From IMG/VR virus record IMGVR_UViG_3300044691_000256, positions 1-60,656 of that record: a DNA stretch of 60,656 nucleotides; one strand, given 5' to 3'. The notes below the pieces were generated by a model. It had not been told where the DNA came from, searched no databases, and saw only the letters and a program-made list of their open reading frames with translations. A program made the translations under genes and the position numbers. This document shows positions 10,203 through 21,287 of this stretch, piece after piece. Numbering within the stretch: the first letter of the stretch is position 1; the number at the start of each line of letters is the position of its first letter. Origin of the DNA: a virus. Lineage: Duplodnaviria; Caudoviricetes.

Positions 10203-11238
10203 CAACTTCTCTCCAGTCCCAAAGCATCTTCTAGCGCGTGGCCCTCTTCGGTTGCTATCAGGTCGACACACCCAGCCAGCGCGAACCGGGCGGCGGCGTC
10301 CAGTTTCTGGAATCGAATGACGAGTTTGTCATACTCAGTTGCACCCACCCAATATCCTGGGGGAGTGTCGTTCCACGGATGCCTTATTACCTTGTCTGGA
10401 TCAAACATTGTCATATCTCTCCAACGGGTTCTTCATCATCAACTGCGTTATCATTTCTCCCGAATAATCCGTGGTCAGTGTGTACAGGTCACCGTTGCCA
10501 TCTACGCCGATTATCTGGTCCCGCCAAGACATAAGCTGAATAAAGCGGTGCGGATAAGAATAGTCTCCGTTGAGGCCGAGCCAGTTGCGGATTATTCTCT
10601 TGAGACCTTTCATTTCCAATCTCCTTGACCATAATTTCTGAACTCAAATCGATTGCGTTTTCCCACCCGTAGTGAACCATAAACTTCATCCCGCGCAGTT
10701 CTAAAAACCTACAGGCGAAGAGTATGTCCTCTTGGAATCGTTTTTGGTAGTACCGGCAGTACTGTTGGTAGTCCATTCATTCCTTAAGGCGCGGACATGT
10801 TTAGGGCGGTTTGTCCAGAAAATGGACGGTTTACAAATCGTAAGAACCGGGCGGGACGATCTCCCCGCAATCGAGGCAGATGTTGACGTTGTGTTCTTCT
10901 GGACTTGGCCGGGCATAGATTGTCATTCCGTGGTAGCAGGGGTGTTTCGGCTCGCCAATTTTCGTCTCGACCCACACAATTTTGGTTGTGAAATACGATG
11001 TTACTTTACTCACCGGCCCTCCTTTGTCCAGAAAATGGATTAGTTAGTCGTTGTAATTTTCGCCATACATGACACATCCAACCGAAGCCAAAACCGTCCA
11101 GCCCCAGAAAGATAGGTCTGTAAGGTGCAGTAAATAACTGTGACCAAATCCGACAAAAACCAGCAGCATTCCAATAAATCTCAGAAGGGTCTTCATGTTT
11201 CTCCTATGTCCGCTCGGGACGATTTCCTATGTGTCTTG

Positions 11239-11268
11239 ATTATAGCAAAACTGTTTATAATTTGTCAA
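11239..11268 (-). promoter_or_regulatory. Sigma-70 promoter
   Basis: TTGACA-18-TATAAT with extended TG. Confidence 0.75.
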
Positions 11269-11482
11269 ATAGCGTCGGTGGCCCCGCAGAACGGACACTG
11301 CAACTTTACAGTTCGATCCCGCCACATACAGTAAATACCTACGACCTTGCTGTAGAACAGGAACCGTCCGTCATCCTCTGTGCCGTAAGGCAGGTAGAAG
11401 GGACGACTCGCCTTCGGGATCTCCTGTGCGATCAGGTTAGCTTCGCAATGCGGACACGTCTGTGAGGTTGTGGTTAGTCGGG

Positions 11483-12007
11483 TCATTTGCCACCTTCGTC
11501 CATTTTCTGGATAATTCTCTTCTTCAAATCTTCCAAAGCGACCGGCGTGTAATCAACGACCTCAACACAGACGTTGTAATACTTCGGCCCGTAGTCTCGC
11601 GGCGGCACGTGAACATGTCCGTGTACGTTGGCGTGGTGTTTCCCTATGCTTTCAGGATGGACTGGGATGTGCGAGAACAGCATGTGGTCCAGAACTCGGG
11701 TCGCGTAGATTTCCTCAAAATACTTGAGATACTCCTTGATTGGGTGGGTGTCGTGATTTCCCCGTACAAGACGTTTGTGACCATTACACCTCCCTACCGT
11801 CGCGATACTGTGTTTGGCCATAGCTACGTCGCCCAGGTGGTACACCTTGTCCTGTGGCCGCACGACCGAATTCCACCGCTCGACCATTATTTCGTCCATC
11901 TCTTCGACCGAGGAGAATACACGGAGCGGCGACCCGTCCCCTCGTTTGAAATTGAGGATACCCGCGTGCCCGAAGTGTGTGTCCGAGATTATGAAGACGT
12001 TGGCCAT
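11483..12007 (-). CDS. Calcineurin-like metallophosphoesterase
   Basis: SDTHFGH, LGD, GNHD and HGHVH. Confidence 0.92.
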   Translation of the reverse strand: MANVFIISDTHFGHAGILNFKRGDGSPLRVFSSVEEMDEIMVERWNSVVRPQDKVYHLGDVAMAKHSIATVGRCNGHKRLVRGNHDTHPIKEYLKYFEEIYATRVLDHMLFSHIPVHPESIGKHHANVHGHVHVPPRDYGPKYYNVCVEVVDYTPVALEDLKKRIIQKMDEGGK

Positions 12008-12294
12008 CAGTTACTCCTTGTCGAACAGTCCTTTGCTTGGTTTGGGGTACAGCACCGTGCCGATCAGCCCGTAAGCCTCGGCGATGTCATCCCAGTTACC
12101 GTGAGAGCACAGCTTTTGTGCCCGTTCTAGTGTTTTCCGATCCTCTGGACTCAAAATCGTCGTCATTTTTCTCCTTGTCCATTTTCTGGACGCGGCCACA
12201 GCCCTCCAGGACGCGCCGCTAATTTCGTAACCATGTCCACGTACCTTTTCAACCCTTCCAACGCAGCCAGCAAAGATCCAGCACCCAAATCCGG

Positions 12295-13407
12295 CTACTC
12301 CAGTACGTCCTCAATCAACGCTTCCTCGGCTTCTTTGGCTTTACGACGTTCTTCTCTGTCTGACACTGACTCTGCCACCATGACTTCTCGGGCGCGGTCT
12401 GCTGCTGCTTGTTCAGACAGGCGGACATGTTGTTGCTTGCGGCGGGTGTAGCAAGATGCGTCAGCGCCCTCTACGAAGTCCTTAGCCGCGTAGCCCATCT
12501 TTTTGTCATCGTTGGTGTCCATTTTCTGGAAAAACTCCCGGAACGCTCCGATAACTTCGGGTTCGGTGTAATCGCTGAGCAATTTAGCCAGTGTGGTCTT
12601 CTGCTTATCGTTGAAAAGCACGGTGTTTCCAGACAAGAAGGTCATCTCTCGTGTGATGTTGATCACAGCCTTGTCGGCGGAGGGGCTAAAAGTTCCGTTG
12701 AAAAGGCCCGGAGCAATCCGCAGAAAGTCCGTGATGGGGTTGTTACTTGTCCCACCGACATTCGCCTCCGCCCATTCCTGAAACATTCGACCTACGGCGG
12801 TTCCTCCGTGGACAGTTGAATACTCCCGAAGCTTCTTTTTGTCGCTGTCCCAGATGTGCGGATCTAGGCCTAAGGTGAGATTGCAGATTTTCTTGATTTC
12901 CGTCAATGCGTTCATGTCCGTGTCCTTTTCGAAAATGGGTTCGGCGGGGTGCTCTTGCTTATGCTCCTGCTCTTGCTCTGCTAATGCTCTGCTATATGGC
13001 AAAGGCTTAGCTTCTGCTTGGCTTGGCTTAGCCCCGGCTTCCTCGTCGTTTAGTTTGTGCAACTTAGCTATACCGCCACGCCGACCGCTATCCGCCAGTT
13101 GGACTCTGGTGAGATCCTGTGCCGTGCGCTGAGTTTCCATCTTTTTGTTGACCAGCCGACCGTCTGGACGCTCCTGGAAGTAGGTACGAATCTCCTCCCA
13201 GTGTTCCTGCACGACGGCCACAGAGCACCCGCAAATCTCCGCCAGTTCGGACAATTCGTTTGGGATCGACCCTTCCGACCACTGTTCGTCCAGCAGCTCG
13301 CGATAGAGGCCACGGGCAATGAAGTGCATCCTCTGGACCTTACGACTTGCCCGCCAGTCACGCCAGAGCCATTTGTAGTACGGGAGTGCGTCTAAAACCT
13401 TGGCCAC
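12295..13407 (-). CDS. DUF1376/YdaU-family putative replication initiator
   Basis: LPYYKW...RGLYRELLD.QW.EGSIP...LA.I N-terminal domain. Confidence 0.75.
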   Translation of the reverse strand: MAKVLDALPYYKWLWRDWRASRKVQRMHFIARGLYRELLDEQWSEGSIPNELSELAEICGCSVAVVQEHWEEIRTYFQERPDGRLVNKKMETQRTAQDLTRVQLADSGRRGGIAKLHKLNDEEAGAKPSQAEAKPLPYSRALAEQEQEHKQEHPAEPIFEKDTDMNALTEIKKICNLTLGLDPHIWDSDKKKLREYSTVHGGTAVGRMFQEWAEANVGGTSNNPITDFLRIAPGLFNGTFSPSADKAVINITREMTFLSGNTVLFNDKQKTTLAKLLSDYTEPEVIGAFREFFQKMDTNDDKKMGYAAKDFVEGADASCYTRRKQQHVRLSEQAAADRAREVMVAESVSDREERRKAKEAEEALIEDVLE

Positions 13408-13409
13408 GT

Positions 13410-14612
13410 TTATTCCTCACCAAATCCGAAGCTATCGTCGTCAACTTCTTCAGGTGCTGCGTCCATTTTCTGGACAAGGAGTTGATCCACGAGTGACTTA
13501 TCCCCGAGGCACAGGCCCCGGTGTGAGCAATAGAGGCAGCGCGTGTCTGGGAATCTTACGCCGGGGTTGCGGGGCCACGAGTCGGTCTGGTGGGCTGCGT
13601 GAATCTCTACGAGGTCTTTGGCTATCTGATCTCCGGCTTCCTGCTTCGCTTCGTCGTTGATGACCACAGCCAGGAACTGGACCTTCTGTTTGGTAAAGTT
13701 ATCGGAGTGCGCGGTCAGCAGGTCACCGAACATGATACGTTCCTGAATGATTGCTTCCTTGCGCTCAGTCGACCCCTTCCCTTTTACCTCGGCCAACATC
13801 TCCGCTATCTTCTGTAGCCCAGCCTCGCTGCTGAGAAGTGCGGTTTTTGTTTCCTCGTCGTACTTGAATATGGTCGCTTTGTCCCCGGAGGTCCAGTCGG
13901 CTGTGGATGTGAGAAATGTGACTTCAACACCCTTCTGGAAACTGTCGACAATCGACTTGGTGAACCACAGGAAGGCCCAAGTGTCGACGCCTGATAGCCA
14001 CGCATACGAGCGAATTTGCATGTCGAGGGCAAGAAGCCCGGCAGTCAGGTTTAGCTCCGCACCGCCAGTTTTGATATCGATTCCGATTGGTCGATGAGAC
14101 GCCCCGCCTGGAATCTTGACCTTCGGCAAAAGCGGGTGGACCCACGGACCCTTACTTAACATGTCCACGAACCCCCCTTGTTCTAGTCCCGAAAGGTCAG
14201 TTCCTGGAAAAACCTCTTTAGAATAAGACAGTTGAAACACAGGCGACACGATAGGAAACGTGGGCAGCAGGATTTCGTACAGCTTTAGCATCTGCGCCCC
14301 AGCCACGTACAGGTTCTGCCAGGATTGATCCCGTTTTGTGTACACAAGTTCGGTGTCATCCTTGTGCTTCAGGAACAGCAGCTTGAAATGATCGACGCCC
14401 GAATCTGGTTTGAGACCGTTGTCGTGGTAGTACTGGATCGCATCTTCCAGCGCCTTCCCGAACTGCATCGCCCCGGACTTCTCTTTGCGACGAATGCCGA
14501 GGATCTTCTCCTGCTTGTATTTGTAGCGGCAGGAGTTGAATAGCTGGCTGGAACTGTACGACCCCCGAGTGACTGGGTTGCCTTTTGGGTTGGTGTATAA
14601 AATTGCGCTCAT
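13410..14612 (-). CDS. PD-(D/E)XK (RecB-like) exonuclease
   Basis: SYSS...C, GFVD, IDIKTG, Q..SY and C-terminal C..C.....C. Confidence 0.85.
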   Translation of the reverse strand: MSAILYTNPKGNPVTRGSYSSSQLFNSCRYKYKQEKILGIRRKEKSGAMQFGKALEDAIQYYHDNGLKPDSGVDHFKLLFLKHKDDTELVYTKRDQSWQNLYVAGAQMLKLYEILLPTFPIVSPVFQLSYSKEVFPGTDLSGLEQGGFVDMLSKGPWVHPLLPKVKIPGGASHRPIGIDIKTGGAELNLTAGLLALDMQIRSYAWLSGVDTWAFLWFTKSIVDSFQKGVEVTFLTSTADWTSGDKATIFKYDEETKTALLSSEAGLQKIAEMLAEVKGKGSTERKEAIIQERIMFGDLLTAHSDNFTKQKVQFLAVVINDEAKQEAGDQIAKDLVEIHAAHQTDSWPRNPGVRFPDTRCLYCSHRGLCLGDKSLVDQLLVQKMDAAPEEVDDDSFGFGEE

Positions 14613-15907
14613 GCGAATGCTGCCTCCAATTCGTCCATTTCCCGGACGGGGTTTACGAACTCAATTCTTTTGCGTGCAATCTCTATGTACGTTTCGTCCT
14701 GCTCAATCCCGATGAAGTCAAACCCCTCAAGTACCGCTGCCTTGCCTGTGCTGCCACTTCCAGTAAAAGGGTCTAGCACGACGCCGCCCGGAGGGGTAAT
14801 CAACCGGCACAGATACCGCATAAGTTCGGTTGGCTTAACTGTAGGGTGACTGTTGCTACTGTTGCTACTGTTGCTACTGTTGCGCTGGTAAGCGTTGTCA
14901 ATCGAAACAACACGTCCGTCGTGGCTGTACTGCTTCGCCTCTAAATCCTCACAGCCTTCATTCCTGTCCGTCTTGTTCGCTTTAGCACAATAGAAAAACC
15001 GGGCCGGGCTACCCTTGTCATCATACTCGGAACCTGTGGCTGTCATACCCCACCCCAAACCGGCGGACACTGACTTGCGCGGTCTGCCCTTCTTGCTGGT
15101 CGATTCCCCGTACTTAGCAAACTCTTTCAGAACCTCGTCTGATCCGTCATGAATCAGATTGGCCGGAAACCTTCCCTCATTGTTCACAGTCGCCTTATAG
15201 TCTGGCCTCTTCTCTTCCCCAAACCCCGACCACTTTTCCAGTACGTTGATGGGGATTGGCTCACCGGGAACCCGGCAGGCGTCAATATTGATTGCTCCCG
15301 TTCCGTGTTCAAGAACTGTCTGAATAACGGTTCCGATCAGCGGCTTACGTGCGAGAACAATTGGCTCGTGTGCTGGCTTCAGTGCTGTTCCCCACCCGTC
15401 CCACTTCTTTGCATCGTCGGTGGCAGGGGCGGTAAGATCGGGGCGAAATCCACTATTCAGGTGGTCGTTGTCTTGGCCATATATTTGCGAGGTTGCGTTG
15501 TGTTTGTATTCTTTCTTATCACCGAGTCGTATACGCGGACCAGTCACCTCCCGCTCGGCACCGGCAGACTTATCAACGGCCTTGGACACATCCATACTTT
15601 TCGGAAAGCCTGATCCGTAAACCCACATGATCTGGTCGCGAATCTGGAACCCAGCGTCTTCAATAGCTGAAGCCATGCGGTGATACGTCCGACTACCGCC
15701 AAAACTCAAAAGGTGTCCGCCCGGCTTCAGAACCCGCAAACACTCCTTCCACATGTCCACGTTGTACGCAATCCCAGTCGAGTCCCACCCCTTCCCCATA
15801 AACCCTAGTTCGTAGGGTGGATCGCAAATGAGACTGTCGATACTGTTATCGGCGATAGTAGGCAGTATGCTTCGACAATCACCTAGAACTAACTTATAAT
15901 GACTCAT
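14609..15907 (-). CDS. N4/N6 DNA methyltransferase
   Basis: DPPY, GSGFPK, HPTVKP and LDPFTGSGSTG. Confidence 0.95.
   Translation of the reverse strand: MSHYKLVLGDCRSILPTIADNSIDSLICDPPYELGFMGKGWDSTGIAYNVDMWKECLRVLKPGGHLLSFGGSRTYHRMASAIEDAGFQIRDQIMWVYGSGFPKSMDVSKAVDKSAGAEREVTGPRIRLGDKKEYKHNATSQIYGQDNDHLNSGFRPDLTAPATDDAKKWDGWGTALKPAHEPIVLARKPLIGTVIQTVLEHGTGAINIDACRVPGEPIPINVLEKWSGFGEEKRPDYKATVNNEGRFPANLIHDGSDEVLKEFAKYGESTSKKGRPRKSVSAGLGWGMTATGSEYDDKGSPARFFYCAKANKTDRNEGCEDLEAKQYSHDGRVVSIDNAYQRNSSNSSNSSNSHPTVKPTELMRYLCRLITPPGGVVLDPFTGSGSTGKAAVLEGFDFIGIEQDETYIEIARKRIEFVNPVREMDELEAAFA
14850..14883. repeat. 9-bp tandem repeat (CTGTTGCTA), about 3.7 copies
   Basis: Encodes (NSS)3 in the methyltransferase. 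Confidence 0.9.
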
Positions 15908-16370
15908 TTACCGCTCCTATTTCTTTTAGTGCCGCTTCGAGTGGGTAATCAAAGAAATACTTGCCAGTTCTGTTCCCAGCGTATTTGGACGGTTTTCCTT
16001 CGGCACCTGTTCTGATGTGAACAGTCCCCCTCAATTGGCTCGGCGGGAGATAGGCTATTTGCTTGCAGTCTGTGGCAACAAGTGCTAGTAGATCGAAGTC
16101 ATTGGGTTTATAGACTCTTTTTCCACCCTTCCCGGCACGTCTAACGAAGAACATATAAGAGGATCGGTGATGTTTTATTTGGGGAATCTTCTTGACGCGG
16201 CGTGTGGACTTTATTTGCACCCTCACCAATCGACCATCAATATCCACAGCTATGTCATAGGCGCAATTTTGATCTGTGAGGAAAGCGTTGTACCCGCGAA
16301 GCAGGAGATCCGCACAAACCAAATGTTCTGCCGCAGTGCCCAAAGCTAGGTCAGTAATTTCTGTAATCAT
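15894..16370 (-). CDS. PD-(D/E)XK endonuclease (PDDEXK_5-like)
   Basis: G..AE.LV..DL...GY, YDI..D and RVQIKS. Confidence 0.85.
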   Translation of the reverse strand: MITEITDLALGTAAEHLVCADLLLRGYNAFLTDQNCAYDIAVDIDGRLVRVQIKSTRRVKKIPQIKHHRSSYMFFVRRAGKGGKRVYKPNDFDLLALVATDCKQIAYLPPSQLRGTVHIRTGAEGKPSKYAGNRTGKYFFDYPLEAALKEIGAVNESL

Positions 16371-16376
16371 AATCTT

Positions 16377-18158
16377 CTAGTTGAATGCCTCTTCTATCTC
16401 TGGTTTTGCGACGATCAAATCTTTCAAAAATACCGAGGGTTTGCCGTGGTATGACAGGTGTAGCTCTCTGGCCGCTCGGCTTATCCCGACGAAGAATATG
16501 TTGGCCTCTTCTTTTGGCTCTCCGAGCTTGTGTGGAAGAACTTCGTCGTTACAGGCCACCAAAAATACTCTCGGCCACTCTAACCCCTTACTGCTATGAA
16601 TTGTTCCTATCGCCACTGCTTTCTTCGACTTAGAGGCGGCGGACACTCGGCGAATGTACTCAAGAAATTCTTTCAGAGTAGGAAACCGGGCACTAATCCG
16701 TATCAGCTCTGAAAGGTTCTCGCGGGGCGAAGAGTCCGGAGTAGCTTCATCCGCGTAGTAATCGAACGCTTTCAAGTCTTGTAAGATATTTGCTACAGCT
16801 TTCTGACATGGCACGTCTTTGTATCGGGTCAGGGTATGTAAGAACTGGACGAAGTTGCCAAGATTCTTGTCGGGCAGCGAGTTGAGAATTGACCACGCAG
16901 ACGGTTTGGGGTCAGCCTCCTGACGTTTCTTGACGGTTGCGGCGATTTCGGTTTTCTTCAGGAACTTCGAAGGGTGGAACGGGGAGCGTAGTGCGCCCAT
17001 AACGTTTCCGTCGTGTAGAGCCACGGCGCAGCCTAAGAAGGAGACTGCGCTTCTAACTTCTGGCTGTCCCCAAAAGCCGCTGCCCCCGAGTAATTTGTAC
17101 TTTACCCCGGCGGTGCTGAGTGCGTCCTCAAAACTTCGGAGCATCCGGTTGGTTCGGGCTAGGATAGCGGTATCAGACACGGTAACTTTGCTGGCTACGT
17201 CTTTAGCCTCGTACGCCGCCGAAGCGTACCCAGTCACCACAGGACGTTCACCCTCCGCGTTAGTCGTGTGAAACTTGTCCGCCAGTTCCCTTACGGACCC
17301 GTACTTCTTGCAGAGATCGACTATCTGGGGTGACGAGCGAAAATTCCTAGACAGGTACAAGGTCTTCGCGCCGGGGAACATGACTCCGAAGTTCATAAAC
17401 AGGTCGCCAGCGGCTCCACGGAAGGAGTAAATCCCCTGTGCCGCATCGCCGACGGCTAGAAGATTCCCGTGCTGTTTGGACACGAGTTGCAGGAGCCGCC
17501 ACTCCAAAACGCTGTTATCTTGGGATTCGTCGGATTGGCAGAATTTGTATTGCCACCGACCCGCGACCGCCGGATTCTTCTCTAACAGGTTCACCATCTC
17601 GACCAATAAACTATCGAAATCGAGTACGCCTTCAGAGCGAAGCCGACTGTCATAGGCTTTAAACGAGAGAGCCAGCTTCTCATTCTTTCCTTCTTTCTCT
17701 GCGATCTTGATAGCTTCGGTAGGGGTGATCCGGTTGCGTTTTTGAAGGCTGATGTAGTTCGGCAACTCCTTCCAGCTTACGTCGAACTTCCGGGCCAGTT
17801 CGTTGATGATCTTGTTCGCCACAGGAGGGGTCGCCAATGGAAAATCTGCCAATTTGAACGGAAAGCTGTCTCGCTCCTCCGAGGCGAACTTCAGGGCGAT
17901 GGAGTGGAATGTTCCCCACCCAGCCACTCTGTCCATTTTCTGGACACCGATCTCTGCCTCCGACTTGTCCCGCATCGATTTGGCAGCCTGACTGGTGAAG
18001 GTCATAGACAACACGTCGTCGGGCGACACGCCTTCTTGGATCAGACGGACATACCGCAGGACCAGGCAAGTGCTTTTTGAGCCGCCCGGCCCCGCGAGGC
18101 ACCTAAAGTACCCATTGTCCGCGTCCACCACTTTTTTCTGCTCATCTGAAAGTTGCAT
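16377..18158 (-). CDS. uvrD: UvrD/Rep-family helicase
   Basis: AGPG, TFT..AA, TFHS, DESQD, VGD..Q.IYSFRGA, NFRS and TIHSSKGLEW. Confidence 0.95.
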   Translation of the reverse strand: MQLSDEQKKVVDADNGYFRCLAGPGGSKSTCLVLRYVRLIQEGVSPDDVLSMTFTSQAAKSMRDKSEAEIGVQKMDRVAGWGTFHSIALKFASEERDSFPFKLADFPLATPPVANKIINELARKFDVSWKELPNYISLQKRNRITPTEAIKIAEKEGKNEKLALSFKAYDSRLRSEGVLDFDSLLVEMVNLLEKNPAVAGRWQYKFCQSDESQDNSVLEWRLLQLVSKQHGNLLAVGDAAQGIYSFRGAAGDLFMNFGVMFPGAKTLYLSRNFRSSPQIVDLCKKYGSVRELADKFHTTNAEGERPVVTGYASAAYEAKDVASKVTVSDTAILARTNRMLRSFEDALSTAGVKYKLLGGSGFWGQPEVRSAVSFLGCAVALHDGNVMGALRSPFHPSKFLKKTEIAATVKKRQEADPKPSAWSILNSLPDKNLGNFVQFLHTLTRYKDVPCQKAVANILQDLKAFDYYADEATPDSSPRENLSELIRISARFPTLKEFLEYIRRVSAASKSKKAVAIGTIHSSKGLEWPRVFLVACNDEVLPHKLGEPKEEANIFFVGISRAARELHLSYHGKPSVFLKDLIVAKPEIEEAFN

Positions 18159-18765
18159 TAGTTAACCGTCAAGTCCTTCGGTGGAGCCGGTTCAGTTCGG
18201 CAGTGTTCGCAGACATGCTCTGATCCGTCGTCAAACCACAATTGCCGAAATTCATCGAACAAAAGAAAGGTGGCTATACCGCTGTGGAACGGAAGCATAA
18301 CTCCACCCTCGTGCCGGGCCTTGGCGACAAACTCGGCTGGTGACAGGTTTGTCTCGACGTTCCACCCATCACCGATTTCGTCTGTATGTGTTTCGATTGT
18401 TACTGAGTATGGCACTGTTCCTCCTGATTTGCGGACACGGTGTTTAGGTTATTGGCAATGCGGCGGCGTTGACTTCCGTCCATTTTCTGGACAAAGCTAA
18501 AAGGGAATCCAGTCGCTGTAACACACCTCACAACAGCAAGGCTCGTCAGTAAGGTACATCGGGTGGTGACAAACGGCACACAGGTGATGTCGGTAGAACC
18601 TCTTCATCTTCCACCGATGCCGGAGAGCGTAATAGCTGCGGAGCCACGACATCTCTCGTTCGATAAATCCGTCGTAGAGTCCCGCGCCGCACCCGACGCA
18701 GGACTGGCAATACTCATCGCAGGTACACCCCTTCAACTTACAAAGCAGTCTCATTGTCCGCGCTC

Positions 18766-19188
18766 CTAAAAGCCGTTCTCATCTGCAAACGGATCTTCAT
18801 TCGTTGTGGTTGGCCGCGCTACCGGAGCCGCAGCAGGACGTGATGCAGGGGCGGACTGGCGGGACTTCTCCCCGGACGAGGATTTGTCGAGCAGCTTGAG
18901 GTCTCGGACAATGATTTCGGCCCGGTACTGCTTCACGCCGTCTTTGTCCCAGGTCCGGGTCCGCTGGCTACCGATGATACCGATGAAGCTACCCTTCTTG
19001 AGATACTTGCCTGCGATGTCCGCCAGCTTTTCCCAAGCCACGATGTTGAACCACTCTACTGTCTTTGACTCACCATAGCCGTCGTCCACGCCCAAACTGA
19101 AGGATGCTACCGACTTGCCGCCGTTTGTGGCCCGGACCTCGACATCTTTGCCCAGCCGCCCTACCAATGTAATGTTCTGAAAACTCAC
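18766..19188 (-). CDS. ssb: Single-stranded DNA-binding protein
   Basis: LVGRLGKD, EWFNIVAW, YLKKG and acidic tail. Confidence 0.95.
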   Translation of the reverse strand: MSFQNITLVGRLGKDVEVRATNGGKSVASFSLGVDDGYGESKTVEWFNIVAWEKLADIAGKYLKKGSFIGIIGSQRTRTWDKDGVKQYRAEIIVRDLKLLDKSSSGEKSRQSAPASRPAAAPVARPTTTNEDPFADENGF

Positions 19189-19487
19189 GCTGATACCTCC
19201 TCTTTTGCTGTTTGTGCATCTGCCAAGGCAATCGCCGCCTTCAATCCTTCGTGAGAGTCAAAGTCATCGACCCACTCCAACTCCCACCCATCGGGATAGT
19301 GCTTGTCATAGTTCTCATGTTTCCAGTTAGAGCCGTCGAAACCCATGTCGTGTCGCGCCCAACCATGAGAGCAGAAGTGCCCGGCAATTGCGTGGCCGTC
19401 CTCTGAAAACGCCACCGGACACTCATCTCCATTCCTATATCGGGTGTTGACGAATACGAAAATCTTTGGTTTTCTTGCCGTTTCCAC
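19185..19487 (-). CDS. Hypothetical protein
   Basis: EDG..IAGHFCS...WARHDMG...HYPDG. Confidence 0.6.
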   Translation of the reverse strand: METARKPKIFVFVNTRYRNGDECPVAFSEDGHAIAGHFCSHGWARHDMGFDGSNWKHENYDKHYPDGWELEWVDDFDSHEGLKAAIALADAQTAKEEVSA

Positions 19488-19495
19488 GCTACCTC

Positions 19496-20638
19496 CTAAA
19501 ATTCGGGTTCTGGTTCGGGATTGATGAGTGCAAGAACCGCTTCCTTCGTACCTGCGGCCTCAAGTTGGGTCAAAACTTTCTTCCAGTCAGACTGGAGTTT
19601 TTCGGTAAGCGGTCGGCCAGCCTCGACGAATTTTTGCAGCAGACTCTTTTCGGACGCGGACAGACCTAGTTCGATCAGTGCCCGGATACGAGCCGAGTTA
19701 TCCTTTTTTTCATCATCGTTCGGAAGCCGAGCTTCGGGGTCTTGATTCTCGGCTATTTTCTCGTCGATAGCCGCCAACATGTCCTTGTGATCGGCTTCGA
19801 GCGCTGCATTCGTTTTCTCCTTCGCGGTCAGCTTCTTCGGCTTTTCAGGTTTATCCATTTTCTGGACGGTCTCTGCTGGTTTGTCCAGAATCACCTCTAC
19901 TAGAGTTTTATCGGCACCAGGTCTAGGCTCGTTTGTGGGTTGCGCGGCTTCGTGATTCACTTTGGGTACGGTTGGGGCTTTGGGGGCGGCGACCACGGCC
20001 TCGTGAGCAACGGGGATAGACTCGGCTACGTCATCCTTTTGAAGCTCCTCTTGGATGAACAAACCTGACAATTCCGAGGGAAACGCACGCGTAAGGCACG
20101 CAGATTCACTGCATTTTTCAAGCATTTCACAATTGCGACCGTTCGCGCTCCACATCGCAGTAAGTTGTGCCTCGCCGTCCTTCTTGTAAGTCTGGCAGTA
20201 GGCACCGAAGCGGCTAACCACAGTGAGAGGTATTTGAAAACCTGTCCGCAAAACAGAGGTACGAACCGCCCAAGGCTCCAGAGGAAGCATAGGATTCGTA
20301 GGGTCGGGCAAAGGAATCTCAGACTCGATGGTGGGTTGGTTCTGCGGGTCGAGGTAAATCCACTTGGTCGGGAGCTGCCCAGCATATAGTCCTGTAGCGT
20401 TGGCGATTTTCCGCTTGGCCCCGATGGTCACGATATAGATGGACTTCTTCTTTTTGACCTTGGCCTTGAGTTCCGGATCATACTCTTCTGATGTCCGAAT
20501 CTGCATAAGGATGTCGCGGACGGGGGCTAGGTTCCGATTCCGGCACTCGGCGATCCAAAGCTGAAACTGCTCATCTGTTGCGTTTGCGGCGTGTTCTTTC
20601 TTGAGGGCAGCCAGCTCCTCGGCACTATATTCCACCAT
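19496..20638 (-). CDS. RecT/Bet-family ssDNA annealing protein
   Basis: ATDEQF, R.IA..TG.YAG and ML.KC.ES..L.RAFP.ELSGLF. Confidence 0.85.
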   Translation of the reverse strand: MVEYSAEELAALKKEHAANATDEQFQLWIAECRNRNLAPVRDILMQIRTSEEYDPELKAKVKKKKSIYIVTIGAKRKIANATGLYAGQLPTKWIYLDPQNQPTIESEIPLPDPTNPMLPLEPWAVRTSVLRTGFQIPLTVVSRFGAYCQTYKKDGEAQLTAMWSANGRNCEMLEKCSESACLTRAFPSELSGLFIQEELQKDDVAESIPVAHEAVVAAPKAPTVPKVNHEAAQPTNEPRPGADKTLVEVILDKPAETVQKMDKPEKPKKLTAKEKTNAALEADHKDMLAAIDEKIAENQDPEARLPNDDEKKDNSARIRALIELGLSASEKSLLQKFVEAGRPLTEKLQSDWKKVLTQLEAAGTKEAVLALINPEPEPEF

Positions 20639-20658
20639 AGAGTTCTCCTTGAGTCTCT

Positions 20659-20687
20659 AAATTAGCATTAGTTTCGTGGCTTGTCAA
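20659..20687 (-). promoter_or_regulatory. Leftward sigma-70 promoter of a divergent pair
   Basis: TTGACA-17-TAATTT; rightward TTGCCT-17-TATTGT follows. Confidence 0.6.
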
Positions 20688-21287
20688 ACGCATTTGCCTT
20701 TCAGAAAACTCTGTGTTATTGTTTTGATTAATCCAGAAAATGGACAAAGCAAAACAGGAGACCCCATGAAAGTCCAATTCACACTGAGTATCGGGTACCC
20801 CGGTGCTGACCACGAAGAAGTGGTCGACTGCGACGACGAGGCTACCGACACGGAACTACAAGAAGCCTGGCAAGAGTGGACTTACAACTACATCGACGGC
20901 GGATACGAAAGGATGGAGAGCTAGTGAACATACTAGGACTATTCCACGCATTATCACCCGAACTCGTCCAGAAAATGGACAGTGACCTCAAAGAATCCCA
21001 AGCCGCCTGCGAGCGCCAGCACAAGACACTGGTTTCACTAGGCACAGAACTGAAACAGCTATACGCGGACAAGGATGAACTAACCAAACATCTCGGCGAA
21101 TCAATTAGCTACGGGTGTGAACTCCAGCAAAAAGTCAGTGACGCCACCCGTAGGGCCGGAGATGCCATCCTTCTGGGGGCCGAGCTAAGGCAACAACTCG
21201 AAGACCGCACCACAGCATTTGATTTTCATGCCCGCCAAATCTCTACCCTCAAAGGCCAGATCACAAAACTGAAGAAGAGGCTGGCTA

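Noticed and set aside
13410-14612. Cas4 adaptation gene
   Set aside because: Context (RecT, SSB, UvrD) fits a recombination exonuclease; no cas1 or array
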